IMG/VR virus record: IMGVR_UViG_3300017774_005745
Coordinates: 64,001-128,000 of that record
Length of the DNA stretch: 64,000 nt
Strand: one strand, 5' to 3'
DNA from: a virus
Both the position numbers and the translations under genes were made by a program. The stretch's first letter is position 1. Each line of letters starts with the position of its first letter. Positions 46,698 through 55,429 of the stretch are shown here, in pieces. The notes beneath the pieces were generated by a model. That model was not told where the DNA came from. It worked only from the letters and a program-made list of their open reading frames with translations, and searched no databases.

Positions 46698-47494
46698 GTG
46701 TGAAAGTACAGACAGGTCTTCCACAACCTCAAGGAGCCGGAGAAGACCCTCTCTTTCACTACACACGTCTTTTCGTTAAGTTCCTTCAATTGGCTTTTGC
46801 CACCTTCGAGAAGGGCAACTACCAGTGGTCAGAGGACAGCGCCCTTACGGATATTGTCATCTCTGACCAAGCAACCATTGCAAGAGATGTCATTGAGAAG
46901 CGGCCTGCCATCATCGTGACTCGTGGCGCAGCCTCATTTGGTAATATCTCTCTCGACCAATTCTCTGGACCTGGTCCTCTTCCGAAGGGCGGAGGAGATA
47001 TGACCTATCCAAACTATGACCCTGTGAGTGGCACGAAGAGGTACACGGACCTCGTTGCTTGTACGATGACGTACAACTGCCTTTCGAAAGAAGGCCTTGA
47101 GGCTCAGAGACTTGCGTGGATTTCGATGATGGCGACTCGCCGTCTTAAGCGCTCTCTCATGAAGGCAGGGCTCCACCGAGTAGGTGAAGACATTCAAGTC
47201 GGAGCCGAATCTGCACCAGGGATGATTGTCCCGAATGAGTCCGACACTGAGATTGTCATGGTCTCCGTCTCAGTACCCTTCTACTTCCAAGACTACTGGT
47301 CTGTGGGTCCTCAAGACAAAAAGCTTCTCAAACACATCGACCTGGCCTTAACGTCTGAACTCAACTTTCCGGCTCAGGGAGCCGTGCAGATACGTAAACC
47401 AGGGATGAATGGAAGAGTCCTGAACTACGATAAAACACTTTCTCTCGTGCAAAGGGTGCGTGTTAGTTCAGGCACTCCGAAGCCTCGGAAATAA
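46694..47494 (+). CDS. Tail completion or sheath terminator protein
   Basis: Position directly before the sheath; PAIIVTRG motif; ATGA overlap. Confidence 0.5.
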   Translation: MSVKVQTGLPQPQGAGEDPLFHYTRLFVKFLQLAFATFEKGNYQWSEDSALTDIVISDQATIARDVIEKRPAIIVTRGAASFGNISLDQFSGPGPLPKGGGDMTYPNYDPVSGTKRYTDLVACTMTYNCLSKEGLEAQRLAWISMMATRRLKRSLMKAGLHRVGEDIQVGAESAPGMIVPNESDTEIVMVSVSVPFYFQDYWSVGPQDKKLLKHIDLALTSELNFPAQGAVQIRKPGMNGRVLNYDKTLSLVQRVRVSSGTPKPRK

Positions 47495-47511
47495 TCAAAA
47501 AGGAGACTCAG

Positions 47512-50500
47512 ATGGCAGAGCTCATTAGACCCGGTGTTGAAGTAATCCAGTCTTTCCGGACAGCATCCCCGTCCTTCGTTCGCCCAACACTTGTTCCGTG
47601 TGTTGTCGGTCCTGCATTTGAGGTCTTGAATGTCCTCAATTCAGATGGGACCATCAACTCAAAGGCAAAGCTCGGTGCCTACGACCAGATTGGTAGAACA
47701 GTAACACAGTCGGGCTTCCCCGACCCTCGTGGGAACGTGGATGAGCTCGACATCATCGAGTCGTCCATTCGTCCATTCACTCTTGCGGGTGGTTCGCTTT
47801 CTGAGCTCTTGATGGACCCAGGTGAGGCATTCCTGGCAACGAGCCACACTGCCTCCAAGGCCGCCATTGAGACCGCCGTGTTCAACGGTGTAACTGGTCT
47901 CGCAATCGTAGGCAAGGTTGTTGTCATTGCCCTCGACCAGCCAGTTGCAGCAGCCACTACGAAAGACGTCACCATTACCTTCACGGGTACTGGCCTCAAT
48001 CTGACGTCGGCAGAAGCTGCTGCGCAGATTAACGCAGCACTCGGTCAAGACGTTGCAACCGTTGTCGGCTCTGCCCCAAATGACAAGGTCCGTATTACGA
48101 CCAAGAAGGCGGGTGCTGCGAGCTCCATTACTGTTCGTGCCGGTGGCTCTGCGAATACCCTCCTCCAGATTGGTTTCTCTGGTGGCTCTGCTGCCAATGA
48201 GGAGCGTGTTGAGGGTTCTGGCTACCGTGCTCAGGACGATAACAACAACAATACAACCAGCCCATGGATTGAATTCTACCGTGGCGCTTACCTCTTGAAT
48301 GGTGTTGATACGGTCTTCGTTGCCAAGGCTGGTCTTATCAACATCGAGACTGCGGCATTCGTGAGCGCAAAGGCAGCCGCTATTACCTTTGGCTCGACTG
48401 GCACCGTCCCACTTATCGCAGGAGACTACTTCCTTGCTGATGGTGTGAAGGTCAAGAGCGCAGAGATCATGAAGGTCGAGCTTGGTAGATTCCGTCTCGG
48501 AACTATCAACACGACTCTCTCAACCGCAGATAGCAATGGTCGCTACACTTCAAAGGTGTACGATGCCGTTGAAGTTGAGACGCTCTTTGACGCAAACCCA
48601 CTTGCTCCTCAGTATGTGTACTTCAAGGCAACTGGCCTTGATGCAACCGTCCTTGCTCCAGTTGCAGCAACTCTGACTGGGACTACTCTCGGCACTGCAG
48701 CGACCTCTGGTATCGTAACGAGCGGTGTCATCTCCGTTCCGGCCGCTCTTGCCGGTCTGACCATCGAGTACGTTTCGACCATCGCTGGTGTTGAGACGAC
48801 AGGGACATTCACATTCACTGGTGGTCCATTCGCGAATGCTGCTGCGATTGCTGCTGCAGTTGGAACGAACATCCCAGGAGTCACTGCGACCGACTCTACG
48901 GGTGCTCTTCGTTTGACGACCACCACGACTGGTCGTCTGAATGCAATCAATGTCAAGGCAACTGGAACTGCGAACGCTGCGCTGAACTTCAGCACCTCAG
49001 TGGATACGGTAGGAACGGGAACTGATGTCGAGTTTACGGACATCCCTGCCAACCTGCTGACCGTGTCTCAGGTTGTTCCAACTCTGTCCCTAACCGGCAC
49101 TTCAATTGTCATTGAAGTCTCGACGGACTCTGGAGCAACATGGCCCGTGACTCGCACACATGCCTTCGTTGGTGAGCATGCCTCGTTGGTTGCTCTCGCA
49201 GCCAACATGCAGGCAGACGCTGGATTCGCAGGAACTGTTCTTGCGGTTTCTGTGTCTGGTCTTGAGATCTCCATCAAGAGTGTTGCAACTGGGCAGAACA
49301 TCGCAATTCGAGTTGGAGCTGCTTCGACTGCTCTTGGCGCTGGCAAGCTTCAATATACCTCTCTCCAGCAAGACTCTGGAGAAGAAGAACTGAACGGCCA
49401 GACACTTCGAGTGAAGTTCGATAAGAATCCTCGCATCTACGAGGTTACCTTCTCTTCGAACAGCCTCGACTTGGCTATCTCTGACTTGAACACGGCAGTT
49501 GGTGCTGTCGTAGCTTCCAAGGCAGGAGCTGGTCTCGACACTCTGAAGCTGACTTCCCCTCTTGCTGGCTCTGCTTCGGAAGTCTTGGTTCTTGCGGGGG
49601 CTGCTGCGACTGCATTCGGTCTCTCCACTTCAGCCACTGCAGGCTCAGGTCGTCCATTCCCAGACGCATACCTGAACAGCGTCAACAACCTCGTAATCGG
49701 TTCTCAGATTCTCCGTGACCAGGTTACGGGCTACCCTCTTGACCCTCTCACCAACCTGAGCGACTTGTACATCCAGTACAAGGGCCTGCGTAAGGATGTG
49801 TCTGCGGTTGCTCAGATTGCCGGTGTTCTGAGAATCCCAGACCAGGCCACTCTGACTGCTGTTCTGGACCCTCTCACTGAAGAGAACCCGCTTGGTCTGG
49901 CTCTCTTCATGTGCCTCATCAACGCTCCAGGTCTTGAGGTCAAGGGACTTGGAGTCGATGAGATTTCAGCAGCAGCTCCAGAAGGCACCGAGGCTGCTTA
50001 TGCTCGTGCCGCGTCGATGCTTGAGTCTGAAGAGGTGTATGCACTCGCTCCTCTGACTCAGAATGAAGTTGTTCACAGCATCTTCGGAACCCACGTGGTT
50101 GCCATCTCTGCCCCTGAGCAGGGAGGCGAGCGTATCGTTTTCATCAACAAGGCGATGCCGGTTCGTAAGAACCCAACTGTGGCTGCTTCTGGAACAAAGG
50201 CAAACAGCACTGCGACCTCTAACCAAATGCTGTTGGATGTGAATCCAGCCGCAGGTCTCGTTGCTGCTGGTAAGAACCCAGCCTTGCCATTCACTGCAGC
50301 AGATGGCGTCTACATGGAGTTCGAGGTTTCAAACGAGCTTCGTCGGTACAACGTATCCAGCGTGTCTGGCTCTCTTGCGAACTTCCGTACGACATTCGCA
50401 AGCGGAGAGAACACTGATGGGTTCTTCTCGACAACTGCACTGACGACTACGGTCATCAATGCCTCGTGGTCGCTGAAGGTACGTGGCGTCTCCATCACGG

Positions 50501-51165
50501 TGCCAGGCTCCAACCCCGCTCGTCTTGATTACAGCCTCGTTGCTGAAGTGGTTGCAGAAGCGAATGCTGGATTCAAGAACCGTCGCCTCTTCTCAGTGTT
50601 CCCAGACACCATCAAGACCACTGTTGCTGGTGTTGAGAAGAGCTTGCCTGGTTACTACGCCTGCGCAGCTATCTCAGGAATGGTGGCGTCTCAGCCGCCA
50701 CAGCAGGGATTCACGAACTTTGGAATCTCTGGCCTGACTGGGGTGGTTGGCACTGAGAAGTTCACCAAGAAGCAGCTCAACACGATGGCAGGTGGCGGAA
50801 CGTACATTCTCATCCAAGACGTACAGGGTGGGCCAGTAACGAGCCGTCATCAGGTCTCCACGGATGGAACGAGCATTGAGACTCGTGAGCTCTCCATCAC
50901 CAAGGTGGTAGACTTCACTGCGAAGTTCCTGCGTGCCTCAATCAGGAAGTTCATTGGTGTTCAGACCATCGATGACCAGTTCCTCGATACCATTGGAACC
51001 ACCATCCAAGGTATCTTGAACTTCCTCGTTGAGACTGGCGTCTTGAATGGTGCTGAGATTAACAACATCCTCCAGGATAGCGACCAGCCAGATACCGTGT
51101 TGGTGGATATCACTCTGGATGTTCCGTACCCAGCAAACTACATCCGTCTCACCCTGGCTGTCTAA
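47512..51165 (+). CDS. Contractile tail sheath protein with large insertion domains (1217 aa)
   Basis: N-terminal RPGVEVIQ and C-terminal RELSITKVVDF...PDTVLVDITLDVPYPANYIRLTL. Confidence 0.92.
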   Translation: MAELIRPGVEVIQSFRTASPSFVRPTLVPCVVGPAFEVLNVLNSDGTINSKAKLGAYDQIGRTVTQSGFPDPRGNVDELDIIESSIRPFTLAGGSLSELLMDPGEAFLATSHTASKAAIETAVFNGVTGLAIVGKVVVIALDQPVAAATTKDVTITFTGTGLNLTSAEAAAQINAALGQDVATVVGSAPNDKVRITTKKAGAASSITVRAGGSANTLLQIGFSGGSAANEERVEGSGYRAQDDNNNNTTSPWIEFYRGAYLLNGVDTVFVAKAGLINIETAAFVSAKAAAITFGSTGTVPLIAGDYFLADGVKVKSAEIMKVELGRFRLGTINTTLSTADSNGRYTSKVYDAVEVETLFDANPLAPQYVYFKATGLDATVLAPVAATLTGTTLGTAATSGIVTSGVISVPAALAGLTIEYVSTIAGVETTGTFTFTGGPFANAAAIAAAVGTNIPGVTATDSTGALRLTTTTTGRLNAINVKATGTANAALNFSTSVDTVGTGTDVEFTDIPANLLTVSQVVPTLSLTGTSIVIEVSTDSGATWPVTRTHAFVGEHASLVALAANMQADAGFAGTVLAVSVSGLEISIKSVATGQNIAIRVGAASTALGAGKLQYTSLQQDSGEEELNGQTLRVKFDKNPRIYEVTFSSNSLDLAISDLNTAVGAVVASKAGAGLDTLKLTSPLAGSASEVLVLAGAAATAFGLSTSATAGSGRPFPDAYLNSVNNLVIGSQILRDQVTGYPLDPLTNLSDLYIQYKGLRKDVSAVAQIAGVLRIPDQATLTAVLDPLTEENPLGLALFMCLINAPGLEVKGLGVDEISAAAPEGTEAAYARAASMLESEEVYALAPLTQNEVVHSIFGTHVVAISAPEQGGERIVFINKAMPVRKNPTVAASGTKANSTATSNQMLLDVNPAAGLVAAGKNPALPFTAADGVYMEFEVSNELRRYNVSSVSGSLANFRTTFASGENTDGFFSTTALTTTVINASWSLKVRGVSITVPGSNPARLDYSLVAEVVAEANAGFKNRRLFSVFPDTIKTTVAGVEKSLPGYYACAAISGMVASQPPQQGFTNFGISGLTGVVGTEKFTKKQLNTMAGGGTYILIQDVQGGPVTSRHQVSTDGTSIETRELSITKVVDFTAKFLRASIRKFIGVQTIDDQFLDTIGTTIQGILNFLVETGVLNGAEINNILQDSDQPDTVLVDITLDVPYPANYIRLTLAV

Positions 51166-51219
51166 GCCAGGGAGTCGCAGTACCAAGCTAAACAGCAGTA
51201 ACCCAAAAGGAGCATCACA

Positions 51220-51831
51220 ATGGCTACTCAGACGACTCTCTCCGTTCGCGACCGCTCAGTTCTCCGTGCCCTCGGCAAGGCTGGTGACATTCTTGCTCGT
51301 GCAGCAAACGCAGCCATCTCCAATGATACCAATCTTGGACGTGCTGCTCTTGTTGCCGGTGGCACCAACGTAGCCGCGAAGGGGACTACTGATGTTCACG
51401 CGGCAGTTGCGTCGAACGCAGTAAACCTCTTCCCAGGTCCAATCACCAATCCGGCAGTTCCTCGTAACCTGCGGGCAGTGTTCGCGGCTTCCTACGATGG
51501 TGGAAACATCACCGTAGTTGGTACGAACCAGTTCAATGTTGCCACGACTGAAGTCATCGTTGCTTCTGCTGGTGCTACTGTTGTTGGTGTGAAGGTCTTC
51601 AAGACCATCACCTCAATCACCAAGGCAACGGTTGGTGCGACTGCGAACACCGTGTCAATTGGAACTGGCGACCTCCTTGGCATCGTCCCAGTGCCTCAGG
51701 TTGGTAGCCCTGTTCTCCTGGCTGTAAACGGAGTCGGTGAGGCTGTCACCTTCGACGCGACTTACAATGCATTCACCGCAACCAGCATTCCAAACGGTTC
51801 CCGTTCTTACGTCTTGACGGTGAATCTGTAA
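51220..51831 (+). CDS. Virion structural protein between sheath and tube
   Basis: AAGGAG RBS; A/V/T/G-rich beta protein. Confidence 0.5.
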   Translation: MATQTTLSVRDRSVLRALGKAGDILARAANAAISNDTNLGRAALVAGGTNVAAKGTTDVHAAVASNAVNLFPGPITNPAVPRNLRAVFAASYDGGNITVVGTNQFNVATTEVIVASAGATVVGVKVFKTITSITKATVGATANTVSIGTGDLLGIVPVPQVGSPVLLAVNGVGEAVTFDATYNAFTATSIPNGSRSYVLTVNL

Positions 51832-51850
51832 GCCACTTGGAGTGATTGAA

Positions 51851-51874
51851 CTGGGCTACGCTTCGTAGCCCAGT
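51851..51874 (+). promoter_or_regulatory. Intergenic hairpin (processing or stabilising)
   Basis: Stem ACTGGGCTAC/GTAGCCCAGT between structural genes. Confidence 0.5.
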
Positions 51875-51892
51875 AACTCCAAAGGAGACATC

Positions 51893-52624
51893 ATGCCGTC
51901 AACAGTAACTAACTGGCAGCCATACACCCAGAAGATCGACAATTCCGCATTGAAGGAAGGTCGATTCGTCTCTGGTGCGTTCACCATGATTGCGGCTGGT
52001 CCTCCGAGACTTGCCGCTGTTGGAGGTGTCACAGCAGCGGCTCAGAGCTTTGGACAGAAGAACTGGGCTGTTCCCATCGGTATTGTCCAGAACTTCAACT
52101 TGAGCCACAACAGAGCCTTTGCCCGGTTCTTTGAGCTCGGGTCTGAGCGTTCTTACTTCATCTCAGGCAGAACAGTGGCTCAGGCAGGCTTTGGACGTGT
52201 TCTCTATCACGGTCCATCTCTGCTTCGAGTTCTCTACTCGTTCTATGCTGATTTGATTCCTCCGACACTTGTTCCAGCGTTCCCGCCAAACATCATTGAC
52301 CAGAACATCTCTGCTCAGGTGGCGAACCAGCACAACGTGAAGATTCCTCCAGGCTTTGAGAACATCTATCTCAACCTGGCTTCGGACCTCTTCTCTCAGC
52401 CTTGTGGTCTCTTGGTCTACATGAAGGATTCCAACGAGAGCACGGTCGGTGCTGTATACCTGGAAGAGACCTACGTCCCGTCTCACACCATTGCAACAGA
52501 TGCTCAGGGCGTTGTTGTTCAAGAGCAAGTCGCTCTTCAGCCTGAGCGTGTGGTTCCAGTTGCTGTCCAGGTTCCCCAATCAGTCCAGTTGAACTCAATC
52601 CTGGCTGAGGGTGGGGCAGTCTAA
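51893..52624 (+). CDS. Tail tube protein
   Basis: IGIVQNFNLSHNR...FELGSERSYFISG motif; follows the sheath. Confidence 0.8.
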   Translation: MPSTVTNWQPYTQKIDNSALKEGRFVSGAFTMIAAGPPRLAAVGGVTAAAQSFGQKNWAVPIGIVQNFNLSHNRAFARFFELGSERSYFISGRTVAQAGFGRVLYHGPSLLRVLYSFYADLIPPTLVPAFPPNIIDQNISAQVANQHNVKIPPGFENIYLNLASDLFSQPCGLLVYMKDSNESTVGAVYLEETYVPSHTIATDAQGVVVQEQVALQPERVVPVAVQVPQSVQLNSILAEGGAV

Positions 52625-52653
52625 GAGCTAAAGTTTTGCAAGGGTGGCAACAG

Positions 52654-52684
52654 AGAGGAGACCCCAGCGTATGGGGTCTCCTCT
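52654..52684. terminator. Bidirectional terminator ending the late operon and cspA
   Basis: 13-bp stem AGAGGAGACCCCA/TGGGGTCTCCTCT at a convergent junction. Confidence 0.8.
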
Positions 52685-52690
52685 TTGCAT

Positions 52691-52900
52691 TTAGACTGGG
52701 GTTCTCGTCACTCGAACTGCTTGAGGGCCTTTAGCCCCCTCTTCCAGTTCGAACTTGACGCGCTCACCCTCTGCAAGGGAGCGGAATCCATTCATTACAA
52801 TACCGCTGTGGTGGACGAAGATGTCATTCCCGCCACTGTCCGGCTTGATGAACCCAAACCCCTTTTGGTCGTTAAACCACTTCACTGTTCCCGTCATCAT
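52691..52900 (-). CDS. cspA: Cold-shock domain protein
   Basis: [15 protein letters not shown] (RNP1), DIFVHHS (RNP2), EGAKGPQA. Family member; exact orthology is unknown. Confidence 0.95.
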   Translation of the reverse strand: MMTGTVKWFNDQKGFGFIKPDSGGNDIFVHHSGIVMNGFRSLAEGERVKFELEEGAKGPQAVRVTRTPV

Positions 52901-52972
52901 TGTTTCAGTTCCTTGAGTAGACGCCTAAGAGCGCCTCTCATTGTCCTCAGTAAGCCCTGTCGTGCAAAGAGA

Positions 52973-53000
52973 AAGGCTGACCCCTTTCGAGGCCAGCCTT
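52973..53000 (-). terminator. Intrinsic terminator
   Basis: - strand AAGGCTGGCC-TCGAAAGG-GGTCAGCCTT followed by TCTCTTT. Confidence 0.6.
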
Positions 53001-53016
53001 CACTCTTCATCGGTCT

Positions 53017-53514
53017 TTACGAGGAAATCGGAACCGCCAGGAAGGGCACAGGAGCAGGCAGGACGGTGTGCTTCCCGTTCTTCTCCTCAGAGGCCTCTGC
53101 CTTGACCGCCTCAGGGGCTTCCTCGATCTTCGGGGCCTTGGCCGCCTTTGGGGCCTTCGGAGCCTTCTCAAAGGCCTCTGCGGTCTTCACGACGTCCTTG
53201 CTGGCAATCAGGAGCTTATCCGATACGACCAGCATGATTTCGTCGATCTTCCCACGGAGCGCAGCGTTGCTCGTGGTGATGCTACCAAGACGCTCCAACT
53301 GGCTGGTCAGTTCGTAGGTACCGATAGCGCCCTGACCCTGGAGTGCGGGAGACTCCGCATGCTGGGTGAATGACGATTCCACCGCCTGCACTACTTCCTG
53401 GACGTCGTTCTCTGCGATGTTACGGCGAGTGTACTTCCGCTTCGCCTTCACTTCAGTCTTCGCAGGACGGCCAGCCTTCTTCATCTTCGCTCTGTTGTAC
53501 ACGCCACGGGGCAT
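53017..53514 (-). CDS. Basic nucleoid-associated-like protein (GRP and KRKYTRR motifs, KAPK repeats)
   Basis: KKAGRPAK, KRKYTRR, KAPKAPKAAKAPK; strong codon bias. Confidence 0.45.
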   Translation of the reverse strand: MPRGVYNRAKMKKAGRPAKTEVKAKRKYTRRNIAENDVQEVVQAVESSFTQHAESPALQGQGAIGTYELTSQLERLGSITTSNAALRGKIDEIMLVVSDKLLIASKDVVKTAEAFEKAPKAPKAAKAPKIEEAPEAVKAEASEEKNGKHTVLPAPVPFLAVPISS

Positions 53515-53625
53515 TTGATTTCTCACTTGCAGTTTAGAGTTCAACTTCTGTTTGCTTCTTCAACACTGCTTTCTCGCCGACGAACAAGAAGATACTCTCT
53601 GAAAAAAAGAATGCAAGTACCTTCT

Positions 53626-53811
53626 TCACTTTTCTTCTTTTATCTCGATTGGAAGACGTTCGAGATAAGATTCAATGATTTGAGTGACCAATGCACTCAT
53701 GGGTACGTGCTTTCCTCCATTCGCCTCTTCGACCTCTACTCTCAAGTCCTTGAGGCGATCCATCAACTCTCTCTTTATCTTTACTTCCAATCTTGAGTAG
53801 AATCTGGGCAT
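53626..53811 (-). CDS. Ribbon-helix-helix (CopG/Arc-like) DNA-binding protein (61 aa)
   Basis: Strand RLEVKI, helix RELMDRLKDL, helix MSALVTQIIESYLE; ATG 53811. Confidence 0.7.
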   Translation of the reverse strand: MPRFYSRLEVKIKRELMDRLKDLRVEVEEANGGKHVPMSALVTQIIESYLERLPIEIKEEK

Positions 53812-53892
53812 TGCTATTATCCTGAAGACGAGTAGTATCCCTAACTTGTGATATGCCCTACAGAGGGCCGTTAGTTTCCTAAAGGAAATGGT

Positions 53893-54219
53893 ATGAGCCA
53901 GGACGATTCGAATCAAGACGAGACCGTCACTGTAGACCGATTGGTTACAGGAGACAGGCCCTCCCTGTACTTCGTCGGAATGGCTGCCGCGAATGCCATC
54001 CGAATGGATGAAATGGCTGTGTTCATGGTTGATGCGCTTGGCCGTGTGCTCTTGATGCCTCCCTCCTCCATCCAGGTCATTCACAGGCCTAAGGTTAAAG
54101 AGGAAGAGCTCGACCAGATGTCGGAATCAGTCGCTATCAACATTCTCCTGAAGCAGGGGGAGTCTGAAGAGTCGATAACGTCTTACCTGTTCCAACGCGC
54201 ACAGAGGGGAATTGACTGA
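53893..54219 (+). CDS. Hypothetical protein (108 aa)
   Basis: AAGGA RBS; divergent from the RHH gene. Confidence 0.65.
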   Translation: MSQDDSNQDETVTVDRLVTGDRPSLYFVGMAAANAIRMDEMAVFMVDALGRVLLMPPSSIQVIHRPKVKEEELDQMSESVAINILLKQGESEESITSYLFQRAQRGID

Positions 54220-54467
54220 TGTCATTACGGGTATGCGATTACGAACCCTGCGAGAGTCTCCAGCAAGCCATTCAAAAGCTCGTGGTTGTTCCCTCTCGTC
54301 AGGATACGTTCAATCTCGTTGTAGTCTCTAAAGGCCGTCCAATTAGGACGTTCTTCTTGCCTCTTACCTACTGTCCATTCTGCGGTAGTCGTATCGAGGA
54401 TGAGTGGGTTGAGAGCTTCCTCACTCATTCTCCACTGAGGTCGAGGAGGGTTAAGAAGGAAGACTGA
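54219..54467 (+). CDS. Small Zn-finger protein (C...C, YCPFCG)
   Basis: TGATG overlap; CPFCGSRI motif. Confidence 0.65.
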   Translation: MSLRVCDYEPCESLQQAIQKLVVVPSRQDTFNLVVVSKGRPIRTFFLPLTYCPFCGSRIEDEWVESFLTHSPLRSRRVKKED

Positions 54468-54471
54468 TAAG

Positions 54472-54503
54472 AGCTAACAACAGGATGGCCTTTCGGCCAT
54501 CCT
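54472..54503. terminator. Bidirectional terminator
   Basis: Stem AGGATGGCC/GGCCATCCT with a GAAA loop on the - strand, then TGTTGTTAGC. Confidence 0.75.
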
Positions 54504-54509
54504 CTTCCG

Positions 54510-54995
54510 TTAGGAAGCTTGCGTCGCTGTCAACTTCTCGCCCAGATTGTGGGTGAGCCCCTCACTGCTCTTCGGCTTCACAGGCTCTCCTTTGGTGAGG
54601 TCCTTGAGCGGCGGGAACGGCCTCGGCCGACCAGAAGCCGGAACTGGGCTCTGGGTCGGGCGCTGTGCGTTCTGTTTCGCTGCGGATGCCCTCAGCCTTG
54701 CTGCGGCCTCAGCTCTGACAGCCTTGGCCGTCTCTTCTCTCCCTTGAAGCTCCAACAGCCTTACCGCTGCCTCCCTCTCACGGATCTCGATCTCCTTCTT
54801 CGAGAGCGTGATGTCCTTCTGAATCTCCTCCTCCGTCACTGGCATTCGCCGATGCTCGACCTGGAACTCCAAGTCTTTCTTCTCGGCAAGAATTCGCACC
54901 AGCTTTGCTGTCTCGTGGAGCACATCCTTTGCCTTGCTCACGAGTTCAACAATTTCCCCAACCAACGAATCCACCATCGGTCCCTCAATCTTCAT
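54510..54995 (-). CDS. Coiled-coil hypothetical protein
   Basis: GAGGGGAG RBS; long charged helix. Confidence 0.7.
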   Translation of the reverse strand: MKIEGPMVDSLVGEIVELVSKAKDVLHETAKLVRILAEKKDLEFQVEHRRMPVTEEEIQKDITLSKKEIEIREREAAVRLLELQGREETAKAVRAEAAARLRASAAKQNAQRPTQSPVPASGRPRPFPPLKDLTKGEPVKPKSSEGLTHNLGEKLTATQAS

Positions 54996-55052
54996 ACACG
55001 CACTCCCCTCGACTACTCGCACGTAGGGAGACTAATTTCTCCCTACTTCAAC

Positions 55053-55169
55053 TTATCTCCTTGATTCACGCCTTCCTGCGAACTCCAGGGTCAGACGTTT
55101 TGCAGCCATTTCTTGCTTGAACTTCCACCAAGCAAGCTCCCTCTTCACCCACGCATAGAGTCTCCCCAT
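55053..55169 (-). CDS. 38-aa basic Trp-containing peptide (MGRLYAWVKRELAWWKFKQEMAAKRLTLEFAGRRESRR), absent from the ORF track
   Basis: AAGGAG RBS 4 nt upstream; followed by a 9-bp hairpin at 55023-55046. Confidence 0.6.
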   Translation of the reverse strand: MGRLYAWVKRELAWWKFKQEMAAKRLTLEFAGRRESRR

Positions 55170-55219
55170 CTCGCTCCTTTTGTTGGTTGTTTGATTGAGT
55201 CCTGGATGACTCTAATAGG

Positions 55220-55257
55220 AAAAAAAGCACAACCTTGGTGCGTGCAAGGTTGTGCTT
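55220..55257 (-). terminator. Intrinsic terminator
   Basis: 13-bp stem AAGCACAACCTTG/CAAGGTTGTGCTT with a T-tract on the - strand. Confidence 0.85.
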
Positions 55258-55390
55258 ACCGTTTCAGATTGCCTTCCACGAGTGAGGCTCTTCTGCATCT
55301 CGTTGGGAGGAGGGGGAGAACCAAAGAGTCCAGTCAGAGGTTCCCACTCTATAGAAGAGAGAAAGATGAAACGGTCTAAGTTCTTTCTTC
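55220..55390 (-). ncRNA. Candidate structured small RNA or attenuator leader (about 170 nt)
   Basis: Starts 6 nt after a promoter motif and ends in a 13-bp terminator with T7. Nested stems ACCGTTTCA/TGAAACGGT, CTCTTCT/AGAAGAG, GGGAACC/GGTTCTC; no RBS-led ORF. Confidence 0.55.
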
Positions 55391-55424
55391 AATACTCTTA
55401 TCCCCACAAGCTGCGCCGTTTTGC
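55391..55424 (-). promoter_or_regulatory. Phage promoter-like motif
   Basis: GCAA-N19-ATAAG-AGTATT-GAAG. Confidence 0.75.
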
Positions 55425-55429
55425 ACTGT

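Noticed and set aside
47512-52624. Extracellular contractile injection system, tailocin or T6SS
   Set aside because: Portal, terminase, protease and major capsid genes are present, so this is a DNA-packaging phage.
55258-55375. SAM-I riboswitch identity for the candidate RNA
   Set aside because: Only fragments resemble it (ATAGAGTGG, GACTGG, GCAG); the GGAGGG kink-turn strand and P3/P4 pattern are missing.
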